A DNA stretch of 64,000 bases, taken from NCBI GenBank assembly GCA_013140705.1, contig JABFSH010000067.1, positions 8,942 through 72,941 of the forward strand. Reading direction: 5' to 3'. Position 1 is the first letter of the stretch. Every line of letters begins with the position of its first letter. This document shows, one piece after another, positions 48,778 to 58,594 of the stretch. This DNA comes from Methylococcaceae bacterium. GTDB taxonomy: Bacteria; Pseudomonadota; Gammaproteobacteria; Methylococcales; Methylomonadaceae. The notes beneath the pieces were generated by a model. The model was not told the origin of the DNA and made no database searches. It worked only from the letters and a program-made list of their open reading frames with translations. Both the position numbers and the translations under genes were made by a program.

Positions 48778-49728
48778 ATGTTAATACAGCGAATAATTAC
48801 AGCATCAATATTGGCCATTCTCATTTCACTGGCAGTATTCCTGTTGCCGGTGGAATATTTTTCATTACTGATAGGCTTGGTCACTTTATTAGCTGCCTGG
48901 GAGTGGAGTCATCTGATCGGCATAACTGTCCAAACCAAGCGCGGCTTATTTTTGTTAGCCCTGATAATCCCCATGTTGTGGCTACATTTTTGGACTCAAT
49001 TTCTTGAAGTGGGAGCGCACTTTCTCGAACTCAGTCAACAAGCAATCTACCAGAATGCCAAAAATGCCAATTGGACGGGTCTTAGTTCTTATATGGAAAG
49101 CTTTGACCTGCCTGATATTAGAACCTATTCAGGGCTACTGGAATGGTTGGTTGTGCCTCCAGTGCTATTCTGGATACTGACCATGATTTTAATCCGGAAC
49201 GCCCCTGCAGGCCTTTTAAATCTGGAACTTAAACTGCGTAATAAAGCTTTGATTGGCTGGTTTGTGTTACTGGCAACCTGGATGTTCCTTACACGTTTAA
49301 GAGTATTTTATGGTCCTGAAATGACACTGTATTTCCTGATTTTAATCTGGGTAGCCGATATCTCGGCGTATTTTGTCGGAAAGAAATATGGCAAAATCAG
49401 GCTGGCTCCAGACATCAGCCCCGGCAAAACTATCGAAGGCATGTATGGAGCCTTACTGGCTGGCGTAATTTGTGGTATCGCGGCAAGTTTGATTTATGGA
49501 TTCCAATATATGATCGCAGCAGATTTTGCCTTATTGTCCGTACTTACCGTCTTGATTTCCATATACGGTGACTTATTTTTTAGCCTCGCCAAACGATTAC
49601 GTGGCGTCAAGGACAGTGGCAATTTGCTCCCGGGTCATGGTGGAGTGTTAGACAGGATAGATAGCCTCATTGCTGCAGTCCCATTTTTTTATGCGGGCAT
49701 CATCATCATTTATAGGCAGGTTTCATGA
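48778..49728 (+). CDS. cdsA: Phosphatidate cytidylyltransferase
   Basis: CdsA signature [28 protein letters not shown]. At 316 aa it appears to carry an extra loop between N-terminal TM segments. Confidence 0.88.
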   Translation: MLIQRIITASILAILISLAVFLLPVEYFSLLIGLVTLLAAWEWSHLIGITVQTKRGLFLLALIIPMLWLHFWTQFLEVGAHFLELSQQAIYQNAKNANWTGLSSYMESFDLPDIRTYSGLLEWLVVPPVLFWILTMILIRNAPAGLLNLELKLRNKALIGWFVLLATWMFLTRLRVFYGPEMTLYFLILIWVADISAYFVGKKYGKIRLAPDISPGKTIEGMYGALLAGVICGIAASLIYGFQYMIAADFALLSVLTVLISIYGDLFFSLAKRLRGVKDSGNLLPGHGGVLDRIDSLIAAVPFFYAGIIIIYRQVS

Positions 49729-50909
49729 AGGGTATTTGTATTCTGGGCGCAACCGGATCCATCGGCGTCAGTACATTGGATGTGGTGGCGAGACATCCTG
49801 ATCGCTATAAAGTTGTCGCATTAACTGCCAACAAAAATATTGATGCACTCTATGAGCAATGTTTGCAACATCGACCTGAATACGCCGTTGTCGTCGATGA
49901 GAATAAAGCTCAACTATTTACAGAAAAACTAAAAAACTCGGAACTATCCGATATTAAAGTACTCTCAGGCTCTGAAGCATTAGAAAAGGTTGCAACGCTT
50001 GATACGGTTGACTCTGTCATGGCGGCCATCGTAGGTGCTGCGGGTTTACTGTCTGGCTTGGCCGCCGCGAAAGCCGGCAAGACTGTTTTATTAGCCAATA
50101 AAGAAGCCTTGGTCATGTCCGGCGACATTTTTATGCAAGCTGTAACGGATTCAGGGGCTCATCTGCTTCCGATTGACAGCGAACATAATGCCATATTCCA
50201 GTGTATGCCGGGTGGATATACAGCGGGGGTACGGGCCAAAGAAGCCAGACGCATTTTATTGACCGCTTCAGGAGGTCCTTTTCGCAACATGCCGGTTGAG
50301 CAAATGGCGAATGTAACGCCGGATCAAGCGGTTGCTCATCCAAACTGGGATATGGGACGAAAAATTTCCGTAGATTCAGCAACGATGATGAACAAAGGCT
50401 TGGAAATGATTGAAGCCTGTTTGTTATTTGACATGAGTCCGGAACAAATCCAGGTTGTTATTCACCCGCAAAGCGTTATTCATTCAATGGTTGATTATAT
50501 TGACGGCACTGTTTTAGCACAAATGGGAAATCCGGATATGCGTATTCCGATAGCACATGCCATGGCATGGCCGGAACGTTTTGATTCTGGCGCCAAGCCA
50601 CTAAATATATTTGAAGTGCGTCATATGGACTTTGAAGAACCCAATCTCGAACGCTTTCCTTGTTTGCGATTAGCTTATAAAGCCATGAAGGCGGGCGGAA
50701 CCATGCCAGCAGTTTTAAATGCCGCCAATGAAATTGCAGTAGAGGCATTTTTAAATGAACAAGTGCGATTCACCGATATCCCTGTGATAATTGAACGCTG
50801 CATGGATGCAACGAAAATCAGGCCGGCTGATAGCCTGGCAATTGTTTTGGAAGTGGACCAACAAGCCCGGATAATGGCTAAACAAATTATTGACGAGCTA
50901 AAAAATTGA
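49725..50909 (+). CDS. dxr: 1-deoxy-D-xylulose 5-phosphate reductoisomerase
   Basis: Motifs ILGATGSIG and LANKEALV, plus HPNWxMG. ATGA overlap with cdsA. Confidence 0.96.
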   Translation: MKGICILGATGSIGVSTLDVVARHPDRYKVVALTANKNIDALYEQCLQHRPEYAVVVDENKAQLFTEKLKNSELSDIKVLSGSEALEKVATLDTVDSVMAAIVGAAGLLSGLAAAKAGKTVLLANKEALVMSGDIFMQAVTDSGAHLLPIDSEHNAIFQCMPGGYTAGVRAKEARRILLTASGGPFRNMPVEQMANVTPDQAVAHPNWDMGRKISVDSATMMNKGLEMIEACLLFDMSPEQIQVVIHPQSVIHSMVDYIDGTVLAQMGNPDMRIPIAHAMAWPERFDSGAKPLNIFEVRHMDFEEPNLERFPCLRLAYKAMKAGGTMPAVLNAANEIAVEAFLNEQVRFTDIPVIIERCMDATKIRPADSLAIVLEVDQQARIMAKQIIDELKN

Positions 50910-52288
50910 CTGAATTAATCCATACCCTGTTTTACTTCATCGTTGCGATTGGAGTTCTTGTCTCGTTCCACGAGTTCGGTCATTTCTGGATAGCACGTCG
51001 ATCCGGAGTAAAAGTACTTCGATTTTCTGTCGGTTTTGGTAAAGTTTTATGGTCGTATCAAAAACGGCCGGAAACTACAGAGTATGTCATCTCCGCAATA
51101 CCATTGGGCGGCTACGTCAAAATGGTCGATGAACGGGAAGGCCATGTTGCTACTGAAGACTTGCCACATGCATTTAACCGTCAGTCTGTATGGATTCGCA
51201 CCGGCATAGTTGCAGCTGGCCCGATATTCAACCTTGTCCTCGCCTTCGCTCTATTCTGGAGCGTCCTGGTCATCGGCGAAACCGGAATAAAACCCATTTT
51301 AGGCCACGTCAAGGAGGGAACACTGGCTGCAACAGCTGATTTTTCTGAAGGTGACGAAATCATTGCTGTTAATAACAAGCCAACGCCTACCTGGAATGAA
51401 GCGTTAAGCGTCATTATTGGTACTGCAATTGACGATGGGCAAGCTATCAGCGTACAAGTGAAAACATTAACTGGCGAGGATAAATACAGAACCCTTTCCA
51501 TCAGCGAATCAGAAAGTCAGACGCCAGAAATACTTTACGAGCGTTTGGGGCTTAAACCCTGGTCTCCCAAACTAAAACCCGTCATTGGTCAAGTTTTACC
51601 TGATGGCGCGGCATTTTCTGCCGGTTTGAAAAAAGGTGACCTATTGATTAGCGCCGACAGTCATGACATTAACGACTGGATGCAATGGGTCGATTACGTT
51701 AAAAGTCATCCTGGCGTTATGATTAAAATCATCATCGAGCGTGATGGCGCAACAATTCCTCTGACGATTACCCCGACAAAAATAGAGTCTGAACAGAAAA
51801 CTGAAGGCAAAATCGGTGCTGCCGTTCTGATACCGGAAGACTTAGTAAAATCCGTCAGTGTAAAATATGCTTTATCACCACTTGCAGCTATTCCCGTTGC
51901 ATTTGAAACAACCTATTACTACTCGTTCACGACTGTGAAAATGATGGGCAAAATGCTCATCGGCAAGGCATCCGTTAAAAATTTGAGTGGCCCGATCAGT
52001 ATTGCAGAGTATGCCGGTCAATCTGCCAGCCTGGGATTAGTGCATTTTTTAAAATTTATGGCATTGATTAGTGTCAGCTTGGGTGTATTGAATCTATTAC
52101 CGATTCCCGTTTTGGATGGCGGCCACTTGCTGTTTTTTGCGATTGAAGGAATCAAAGGCAGCCCCGTTTCAGAAAAAATGCAGTTATTTTTCCAGCAAGT
52201 GGGTATAGCTCTACTCATGTCGCTCATGGTCATGGTCATTTTTATGGATATTGAAAAAAAGATTAATTCAATAACCGGCTGGTTTTAA
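50906..52288 (+). CDS. rseP: Site-2 protease RseP (sigma-E protease)
   Basis: HEFGHF zinc motif, two PDZ-like regions and a C-terminal LDGG motif. The TTG start overlaps the dxr stop. Confidence 0.93.
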   Translation: MTELIHTLFYFIVAIGVLVSFHEFGHFWIARRSGVKVLRFSVGFGKVLWSYQKRPETTEYVISAIPLGGYVKMVDEREGHVATEDLPHAFNRQSVWIRTGIVAAGPIFNLVLAFALFWSVLVIGETGIKPILGHVKEGTLAATADFSEGDEIIAVNNKPTPTWNEALSVIIGTAIDDGQAISVQVKTLTGEDKYRTLSISESESQTPEILYERLGLKPWSPKLKPVIGQVLPDGAAFSAGLKKGDLLISADSHDINDWMQWVDYVKSHPGVMIKIIIERDGATIPLTITPTKIESEQKTEGKIGAAVLIPEDLVKSVSVKYALSPLAAIPVAFETTYYYSFTTVKMMGKMLIGKASVKNLSGPISIAEYAGQSASLGLVHFLKFMALISVSLGVLNLLPIPVLDGGHLLFFAIEGIKGSPVSEKMQLFFQQVGIALLMSLMVMVIFMDIEKKINSITGWF

Positions 52289-52399
52289 TGAAAACCGATA
52301 AATATCACCTCTACCTGCCCTTTTTAATCGAAACCATTATTTCAACAATTTCATCAAATTTTGCCAAAAGCCAATTTAGTCTTCGGACTACTTGAGGGA

Positions 52400-52527
52400 A
52401 CCTCAAAAATTATCCGTTCATGCTTCGACAAGTTCAGTGCGAACTGATAAGTTACTGATTTAAGAAGATATCATCTCACATTTATGCCCTGTGGGTACTG
52501 ATCTTGTCGAAGTGTAATATTTAAAGG
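52400..52527. repeat. Dispersed intergenic repeat, copy B (about 128 nt, with intact internal inverted arms)
   Basis: It aligns with copy A at 19804-19925. The internal arms cttcgacaagttcagt (52429-52444) and actgatcttgtcgaag (52500-52515) are 15/16 complementary. Confidence 0.55.
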
Positions 52528-52801
52528 TATCCTTAAAACAAAGGCAGCGCAAAATGAAACGATTTTCTCAAGCTTGAAGTGTAACTTTCATTATTGACAT
52601 ATACTTACCGCGGAAATATTCAAGTTATTCCTATCGGCTATGATTATATTACCGGTGAAGTCAACAATCTTCCGCCAAGATTGACAGATACACGCCCTTC
52701 GGACTTGTTTCGATATTCTGCACAACCGAACAATCTGAAAAACTGACAATCAAATTAAAATAAACCAATTCAAATTTATTCAACTTCAAAATAGGTAACC
52801 C

Positions 52802-53524
52802 ATGAAAAAAAGTATAACTATTGCAGTACTTTTATTATCTGGAATGGCTTGGACAATGGCCAAGGCTGATGAAAGCACTGTTAAGAAAGCTCTAGCCACA
52901 GCCATGCCCACTGTGAAGATAGATTCAATAAAGCCATCTGAAATCAAAGGGCTTTATGAAGTCGGCATGGGCGCCAACATCTATTATGTATCCGAAGACG
53001 GTAAATACCTGCTTCAGGGCCGTCTAGTTGATCTAGCCACGAAAACTGATTTAACTGAAGCTAAATTGAGTGGCACTCGAAAGCTTGCTCTTGAAAATCT
53101 GGGCCAGGACAAGATGATTGTATTCAAACCCAAAATAGCCAAATATAAGGTATCGGTGTTCACAGACATTGATTGTGGCTATTGTCGTAAATTACATTCA
53201 GAGATTGACCAATACCTGGCGCAAGGCATCACCATTCAGTATTTGTTTTATCCCAGGGCCGGCAAAGGATCTGATTCATATAATAAAGCAGTCTCCGTCT
53301 GGTGTTCGGCCGACCGAAATGCGGCCTTAACTGCAGCTAAAAAAGATCAAAATCTGCCAGCCAAGACCTGTACCAATCCTGTCGATGAGCACATGCAACT
53401 GGGGGAAGAATTTGATGTTAAAGGAACACCCATGATTGTTACCGAAAAAGGGAATATCTTTCCTGGGTACCTACCTGCCAAACAATTAGTTGAGGCCTTG
53501 GAAAGTGAGAAATCCGTTCACTAA
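52802..53524 (+). CDS. dsbC: Periplasmic thiol:disulfide interchange protein (DsbC type)
   Basis: Signal peptide, dimerisation-domain-like N-terminus and a CGYC active site (DIDCGYCRKLH); 240 aa. Confidence 0.85.
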   Translation: MKKSITIAVLLLSGMAWTMAKADESTVKKALATAMPTVKIDSIKPSEIKGLYEVGMGANIYYVSEDGKYLLQGRLVDLATKTDLTEAKLSGTRKLALENLGQDKMIVFKPKIAKYKVSVFTDIDCGYCRKLHSEIDQYLAQGITIQYLFYPRAGKGSDSYNKAVSVWCSADRNAALTAAKKDQNLPAKTCTNPVDEHMQLGEEFDVKGTPMIVTEKGNIFPGYLPAKQLVEALESEKSVH

Positions 53525-53552
53525 TGATTACTCGTTCAGTTAAATCACCCCC

Positions 53553-53561
53553 GGCAAAGCC
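53553..53561. repeat. Left copy of the 9-bp target-site duplication GGCAAAGCC
   Basis: It is identical to 55052-55060 and directly abuts the left inverted repeat of the IS. Confidence 0.88.
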
Positions 53562-55051
53562 CTGTCTCTTGATCACATTTTAAATGAGGATTATTCTACA
53601 ACCACCTGATTAAAAATTAATTTTGTGGTTGTAATGATTTCGACAGACGAATATGAATGGTCACAGCAGCTATTTGGTGGAAGTGACTTGGGAGACACGA
53701 GGCGGACAGAGCGGTTAGTAGACGTTGCTGCGCGCATGGCTAGTCAGATGGGTCAGTCACTGGCGAAGAGTTGCGGGGGAGATCAGGCAGCCTTATTGGG
53801 CGGTTATCGACTGATGCGTAATGAGGCGGTCGAACCGGAGGCGATCCGCGACGGTGGCTTTGAGAGTGTGGCACAACAAGCACAAGCGCAGAGTTTGCTA
53901 TTGGCGGTGGAAGACTCAACCAGCATCAGCTATACGCATGCGGTAGCGACTGAACTGGGCCTCACTAGTAACAATCAGGATGCCAAGCGGAATGGATTTC
54001 TGGCGCATTCGGTATTATTGCTGGATGCGGTGAGCGAACACACCATTGGATTGATAGGGCAACAACATTGGTGCCGAGATCGTGCTGATTATGGCAAGAA
54101 GCACAGGCGCAAGCAGCGGGCCTATGAAGACAAAGAAAGTTATAAGTGGGAACAAGCCTCGGTGCAGATGGCAAAGCGACTGGGGTCTGCGATGCAACGG
54201 ACCATTTCAGTCTGTGACCGCGAATCGGACGTCTATGAATATCTGTTGTATAAGTGCGGGCATGATCAACGTTTTGTGGTGCGAGCACAGGTAGACCGGC
54301 GGATATTACACAACGATTGCAAGCTATTCGAAGCGCTGGCGTGCGATGCATCCGCCTTATGCTGTTATACCGTGCAGATTCCACAGCGTGGTGGGCGCAA
54401 AGCGCGCGAAGCAAAACTGTTGCTGCGCAGTGCGACAGTGGAGCTATTGGCACCGGCGGGTCGAACCGTGGCGCAGGGTTCGCTGAGTGTGAACGTGGTG
54501 CTGGCGGAAGAACTTGACGCGCCGGCGCAATCGGAGCCATTGCAGTGGGTATTGCTGACGACGGAGGCCGTCAGTAGCGCGGAAGAGGCGCGACAGGTAG
54601 TTCGCTACTACGAGCTGCGCTGGCGCATTGAGGACTATCACAAGGCGTGGAAGAGTGGCGTGGGCGTGGAGCGACAACGTTTTCAAACGGTGGAAAATCT
54701 GGAACGGATGCTGGTGATCACGGCTTTTCTGGCTGTGCGATTGCTACAGCTGAGAGAACACCTGGATGCTCCGACCGATGCACCTGAAACAACGTGTGAA
54801 ACGGTATTGAGCGAAGACGAATGGAAGGTACTGTGGGTTTCGACCGAGCACAACCAGCCACTACCCAAGATAGCACCCGCTGCACGCTGGGCATTTTACG
54901 CCATTGCAAAACTGGGCGGATTTACTGATACCAAGCGCACGGGGCGGCCGGGCTGGGACACTGTATGGCACGGTTGGTTTCGCTTGCGAGAACGTCTCGA
55001 CGGATATCAACTCAGCAAATCGGCGCTCACTGAGTTGTGATCAAGAGACAG
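53562..55051 (+). mobile_element. IS4-family insertion sequence of the IS50 (Tn5) type, 1490 bp
   Basis: The perfect 16-bp terminal inverted repeats are CTGTCTCTTGATCACA (53562-53577) and its complement (55036-55051). It has a 9-bp direct target duplication and a single Tn5-like transposase ORF. It looks visibly more GC-rich than the flanks. Confidence 0.93.
53634..55040 (+). CDS. IS4-family (Tn5/IS50-like) DDE transposase
   Basis: The N-terminus MISTDEYEWSQQLFGGSDLGDTRRTERLVDVAARMA parallels Tn5 Tnp. The YREK region reads YYELRWRIEDYHKAWKSG. The stop codon lies inside the right IR. The start is ATG 53634 or GTG 53625. Confidence 0.92.
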   Translation: MISTDEYEWSQQLFGGSDLGDTRRTERLVDVAARMASQMGQSLAKSCGGDQAALLGGYRLMRNEAVEPEAIRDGGFESVAQQAQAQSLLLAVEDSTSISYTHAVATELGLTSNNQDAKRNGFLAHSVLLLDAVSEHTIGLIGQQHWCRDRADYGKKHRRKQRAYEDKESYKWEQASVQMAKRLGSAMQRTISVCDRESDVYEYLLYKCGHDQRFVVRAQVDRRILHNDCKLFEALACDASALCCYTVQIPQRGGRKAREAKLLLRSATVELLAPAGRTVAQGSLSVNVVLAEELDAPAQSEPLQWVLLTTEAVSSAEEARQVVRYYELRWRIEDYHKAWKSGVGVERQRFQTVENLERMLVITAFLAVRLLQLREHLDAPTDAPETTCETVLSEDEWKVLWVSTEHNQPLPKIAPAARWAFYAIAKLGGFTDTKRTGRPGWDTVWHGWFRLRERLDGYQLSKSALTEL

Positions 55052-55060
55052 GGCAAAGCC
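55052..55060. repeat. Right copy of the 9-bp target-site duplication GGCAAAGCC
   Basis: It is identical to 53553-53561 and directly abuts the right inverted repeat. Confidence 0.88.
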
Positions 55061-55102
55061 GGGGGCTTATTATTGTTAGCCCCTCAATGGGGTCTATTCA
55101 CG

Positions 55103-55130
55103 AATCGCCTAAAGGCGATTTTCCTTATTT
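55103..55130 (+). terminator. Intrinsic-terminator-like hairpin (aatcgcc taaa ggcgatt) with a T-rich tail
   Basis: A 7-bp perfect stem and 4-nt loop followed by ttccttattt, lying between the IS and the downstream cluster. Confidence 0.45.
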
Positions 55131-55355
55131 CCACAAACGGAGTTGTTCATAACGCTCCTCTTCTTTTTCTTGCTCCCTGATATACGTTCGAACACTGCTG
55201 GTTTGTGCAAGTCTTGCAGCTCGCCCCCAAGACGCTAAGACTTGAGGCCTTGTATATCAATGATATGAGGTTGTTTATGGTGATAAAATGAACTCGGAAA
55301 CTTTAGTTTTGAACCTTTTTCGAAAAAATAGAATAAACTGTATATTTCCCTCTTT

Positions 55356-56549
55356 GTGATGTTTATGACCAATTCTTCTAGCACCATCACCTACAGAAAT
55401 AAGCCATCCGAAGCTCTTAAGATAGGTTATGTTCTCAAACGATTTCCTAACTTGTCCCAGACTTTTATACTTAATGAGATTCTGGAGATTGAACGCCAAG
55501 GTGTTTTAGTTGAAATCGTATCATTACGTACGCCCCGTTCAGAACCTACTCATAGCGCCTTGAAGAATCTAAAGGCGCAAATTACTTATTTGGATGAAAC
55601 GACAAAATCATCGGATTCTACAATAGCAGAACAAGTTGCACTTTGGGCAAAATCAAGACATTTGCAGCACTTACATGCTCATTTCGCCACCAGTGCTGCG
55701 GAAATTGCGATGCAATCAGCAAAACTGGCAAATATCGGTTATTCATTTACCGCACATGCGCATGATATTTACCATGAAAAGGTCGATCGACAGGCTTTAA
55801 TCAATCGTATACAAAATGCTCGATTCGTCGTCACGGTCAGTGATTTTAACCGAGACTATTTGAATAAACTGCAGAGCAATCAGTCTTATAAAGGCACCAT
55901 CAACAGACTATATAATGGTCTCGATCTTACGCTATTCAACCCAACCAAGTTGATTCGCGAACCTGGTCTCATAGTAAGTATCGGACGGTTAGTCCCTAAA
56001 AAAGGCATGAGCTTTTTGATAGAGGCATTTGCTTCATTGCGCGATCGTAACGTAACATTTCGTGCTGTCATTATTGGTGAAGGTGAAGAAAGAGTTACAT
56101 TAGAGAAGTCCATACAAAAGTTTGCCCTCGAACAGCAAGTTACTTTAGTTGGCGCTCTAACTCAATCCGATGTTATCGCAACCCTAAGTCGTGCCGAACT
56201 TTTTGCACTGTCTTGTATTGTTGGTGACGATGGGGATATGGATGGTTTGCCGACTGTTATTCTTGAAGCAATGGCGCTTGGTATTCCAGTTGTCTCAACG
56301 CAGCTTGCGGGAATACCAGAGATGATTCATCATCAAATTAATGGCTTGCTGGTGGACCAAAAGCAAGTGACTGACCTAGCCGATGCGATGCAGACATTGC
56401 TTGAATCAAACGAACTCAGGATTTCATTTCGCAATCAATCACTCAAGCATATGGAAGAACATTTCAATTTACGGAAAAATGTTGCCCAACTCAGAGAATG
56501 GTTTGCGGCGGCTAGCACTATAGGAATGGATAAGGAGTATACTGAATAA
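55356..56549 (+). CDS. GT4-family glycosyltransferase (WcaL-like)
   Basis: N-terminal IGYVLKRFPNLSQTFILNEI and the GT4 C-terminal motif GLPTVILEAMALGIPVVST. The start is GTG 55356 or one of the ATGs at 55359/55365. Confidence 0.85.
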   Translation: MMFMTNSSSTITYRNKPSEALKIGYVLKRFPNLSQTFILNEILEIERQGVLVEIVSLRTPRSEPTHSALKNLKAQITYLDETTKSSDSTIAEQVALWAKSRHLQHLHAHFATSAAEIAMQSAKLANIGYSFTAHAHDIYHEKVDRQALINRIQNARFVVTVSDFNRDYLNKLQSNQSYKGTINRLYNGLDLTLFNPTKLIREPGLIVSIGRLVPKKGMSFLIEAFASLRDRNVTFRAVIIGEGEERVTLEKSIQKFALEQQVTLVGALTQSDVIATLSRAELFALSCIVGDDGDMDGLPTVILEAMALGIPVVSTQLAGIPEMIHHQINGLLVDQKQVTDLADAMQTLLESNELRISFRNQSLKHMEEHFNLRKNVAQLREWFAAASTIGMDKEYTE

Positions 56550-58594
56550 TGGCGGTTAATTCGTTTCCTGGACAGGGTCAAAACAACCCCCTCAGTGAAT
56601 CCATAGCCGCTTTATCAGAAGCTGAACTAATCGTTTATTTTGCAAATCGTAGCCATGTTGTTTACCCTGATCTTCCCAAGGCAAGTGATGAACAACTTAA
56701 AAATGCAGCAGACATTCTGGCTAACCGATTTAGTTATACTGGAGAAACGTTTCAATTTGAACCGGTATTTTCCTGGAAACCCAATCCGAGTGCCGACAAG
56801 GAATGGCAAATCGCTTTTCATAAACACTATTTCCTAATTGATCTTATCCAGGCTTATCGGCATACCCGTGAGGTTGTTTATCTTGAAAAATGGAAACAAC
56901 TGATCCAGAGCTGGATCACAGAGATGGGTTCTGGATATATTACCCTGAGCGACGCCCAAGTTGAGGCAAAAAGGATGGAATCCTGGTGCATTGCTTTCAT
57001 GTTGTTAAAAGGCACCCAATGGCATGACCATATACCAGGATGCTTTTTACAACTGTTTCTTTCCCGGATCGCCGAGGAAACCCATTACATCAGCCAGCAC
57101 CTCAAGCCGGTACGAAATCACCGGACATTTCAACTCTACGCGATTTATTTGGTTGGTGTACTTTTTCCAGAATTAACTACACACTCTTCTTTTCTGGAAA
57201 CAGGCACAGATCTGCTGAGCAAAAATTTACTCACCGATTTTCAACGTGACGGCGTACACATCGAAATGTCTTCGCACTACCATCAATTAGTCGCAGAGAC
57301 GGGAATTCGCATGCTGGAATTGGCGGTCTTGAATAAGATATCACTGAATAATGAATTGGTTGACCGCTTACACAAAGCTGTCCGGTTTTCCTTATATTTA
57401 CAGTGGCCTAATGGTGACATTCCGCTTATCAACGATTCGGATAATGGCAATCATCTTGATCTGTTACGATTAGGCAGCCACTATTTTAATGATCCGGAAT
57501 TGCTTTGGGGAGCCACCTTGGGTGCAGATGGACGTGCGCCCGACCACACATCGTATTGTTTTACAGAATCCGGCTATTTTATCCTGAGCGATACCTGGGG
57601 ATCAGACAAAAAGAGCTATGCCCAGCGCCAACACGTTTTTTTTGATTGCGGGAATTTAGGCGAAGGCAGCCACAGTCATTACGATCTGTTTAATTTCTGC
57701 TATTTCTTGGGAGGACAACCTGCGATTATCGATCCAGGCCGCTATACATATTCCGGTGAGCCTGATACGAATGGTACTCTCTGGAGGCATTACTTCAAAG
57801 GCACGGCAGCTCATAACACCGTCACTATCGACCGACTCGATCAAACCCGTTATTTGAACCGCACAAAACACGGCCCGGACGTGCAATGGGTTGGCCGCGA
57901 ATATCTGCTTGGCCAAAAGAGCGACTGGGTTTTTGGACGTGCAGTAAGTGAAAATTACAGTCCGCAGCATGAACGCCTATTTGTTTACGTGGGACATGAG
58001 TATCTGTTTATCTTGGATAAATTGCATTCCGATGACCTTATTGATCATCACTACGAATTGAATTTTCACTTGCCTGCCGGAACTGAATCCAATTTGATTT
58101 CACAGGAAGGCCACTACCGTTTGGTTACCAATCAATGCGAAATCCGCGGGATAACTGAACTGGGTATGCACTGCCAAATAAAACCGGGATGGGTGTCGCA
58201 GTATTATGGTATTAAACATCAAGCCCCCATTTTGTCTGTTAACCAATCCGGTAGTGGGGATAAGATATTTACAACACTTGTAGCGCCATTGCCGAATGAT
58301 TCGTTAACCATAAACAGTATCAGTTGCGAGTCAGCGGGATCAAACAATCAAAGTTACAGCGTGGGTTTAATTAAACAGGATCAACATTATTACGATCGAT
58401 TTATCATCCCTGCTAGTGCAAACGAGCTTTATCAGCAGGAAGGATTGCATTTTCAGGGGAAATTCCTGGCTTACCGGGAAGATGGAGAAGGAAAAATTTT
58501 ATTTGTTACTGCCAAAGCTGCCAGCACTATTGTATTAAGGGGAAAGACAATTCATAACGACTCTGCAGGGAGCAATGTAGAATGGATACCGTAA
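56549..58594 (+). CDS. Heparinase II/III-like (polysaccharide lyase-fold) protein
   Basis: A 681-aa protein. DGVHIEMSSHYHQL and GSHSHYDLFNF resemble the heparinase II/III N- and C-domain signatures. Its ATG overlaps the upstream TAA by 1 nt. Confidence 0.75.
   Translation: MAVNSFPGQGQNNPLSESIAALSEAELIVYFANRSHVVYPDLPKASDEQLKNAADILANRFSYTGETFQFEPVFSWKPNPSADKEWQIAFHKHYFLIDLIQAYRHTREVVYLEKWKQLIQSWITEMGSGYITLSDAQVEAKRMESWCIAFMLLKGTQWHDHIPGCFLQLFLSRIAEETHYISQHLKPVRNHRTFQLYAIYLVGVLFPELTTHSSFLETGTDLLSKNLLTDFQRDGVHIEMSSHYHQLVAETGIRMLELAVLNKISLNNELVDRLHKAVRFSLYLQWPNGDIPLINDSDNGNHLDLLRLGSHYFNDPELLWGATLGADGRAPDHTSYCFTESGYFILSDTWGSDKKSYAQRQHVFFDCGNLGEGSHSHYDLFNFCYFLGGQPAIIDPGRYTYSGEPDTNGTLWRHYFKGTAAHNTVTIDRLDQTRYLNRTKHGPDVQWVGREYLLGQKSDWVFGRAVSENYSPQHERLFVYVGHEYLFILDKLHSDDLIDHHYELNFHLPAGTESNLISQEGHYRLVTNQCEIRGITELGMHCQIKPGWVSQYYGIKHQAPILSVNQSGSGDKIFTTLVAPLPNDSLTINSISCESAGSNNQSYSVGLIKQDQHYYDRFIIPASANELYQQEGLHFQGKFLAYREDGEGKILFVTAKAASTIVLRGKTIHNDSAGSNVEWIP

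Noticed and set aside
53965-54540. A 191-aa ORF, plus several 60-80-aa ORFs, antisense or out of frame inside the IS
   Set aside because: They lie entirely within the Tn5-like transposase gene, whose homology is clear along its whole length. Long spurious frames are expected in this more GC-rich DNA, and none has a recognisable motif.
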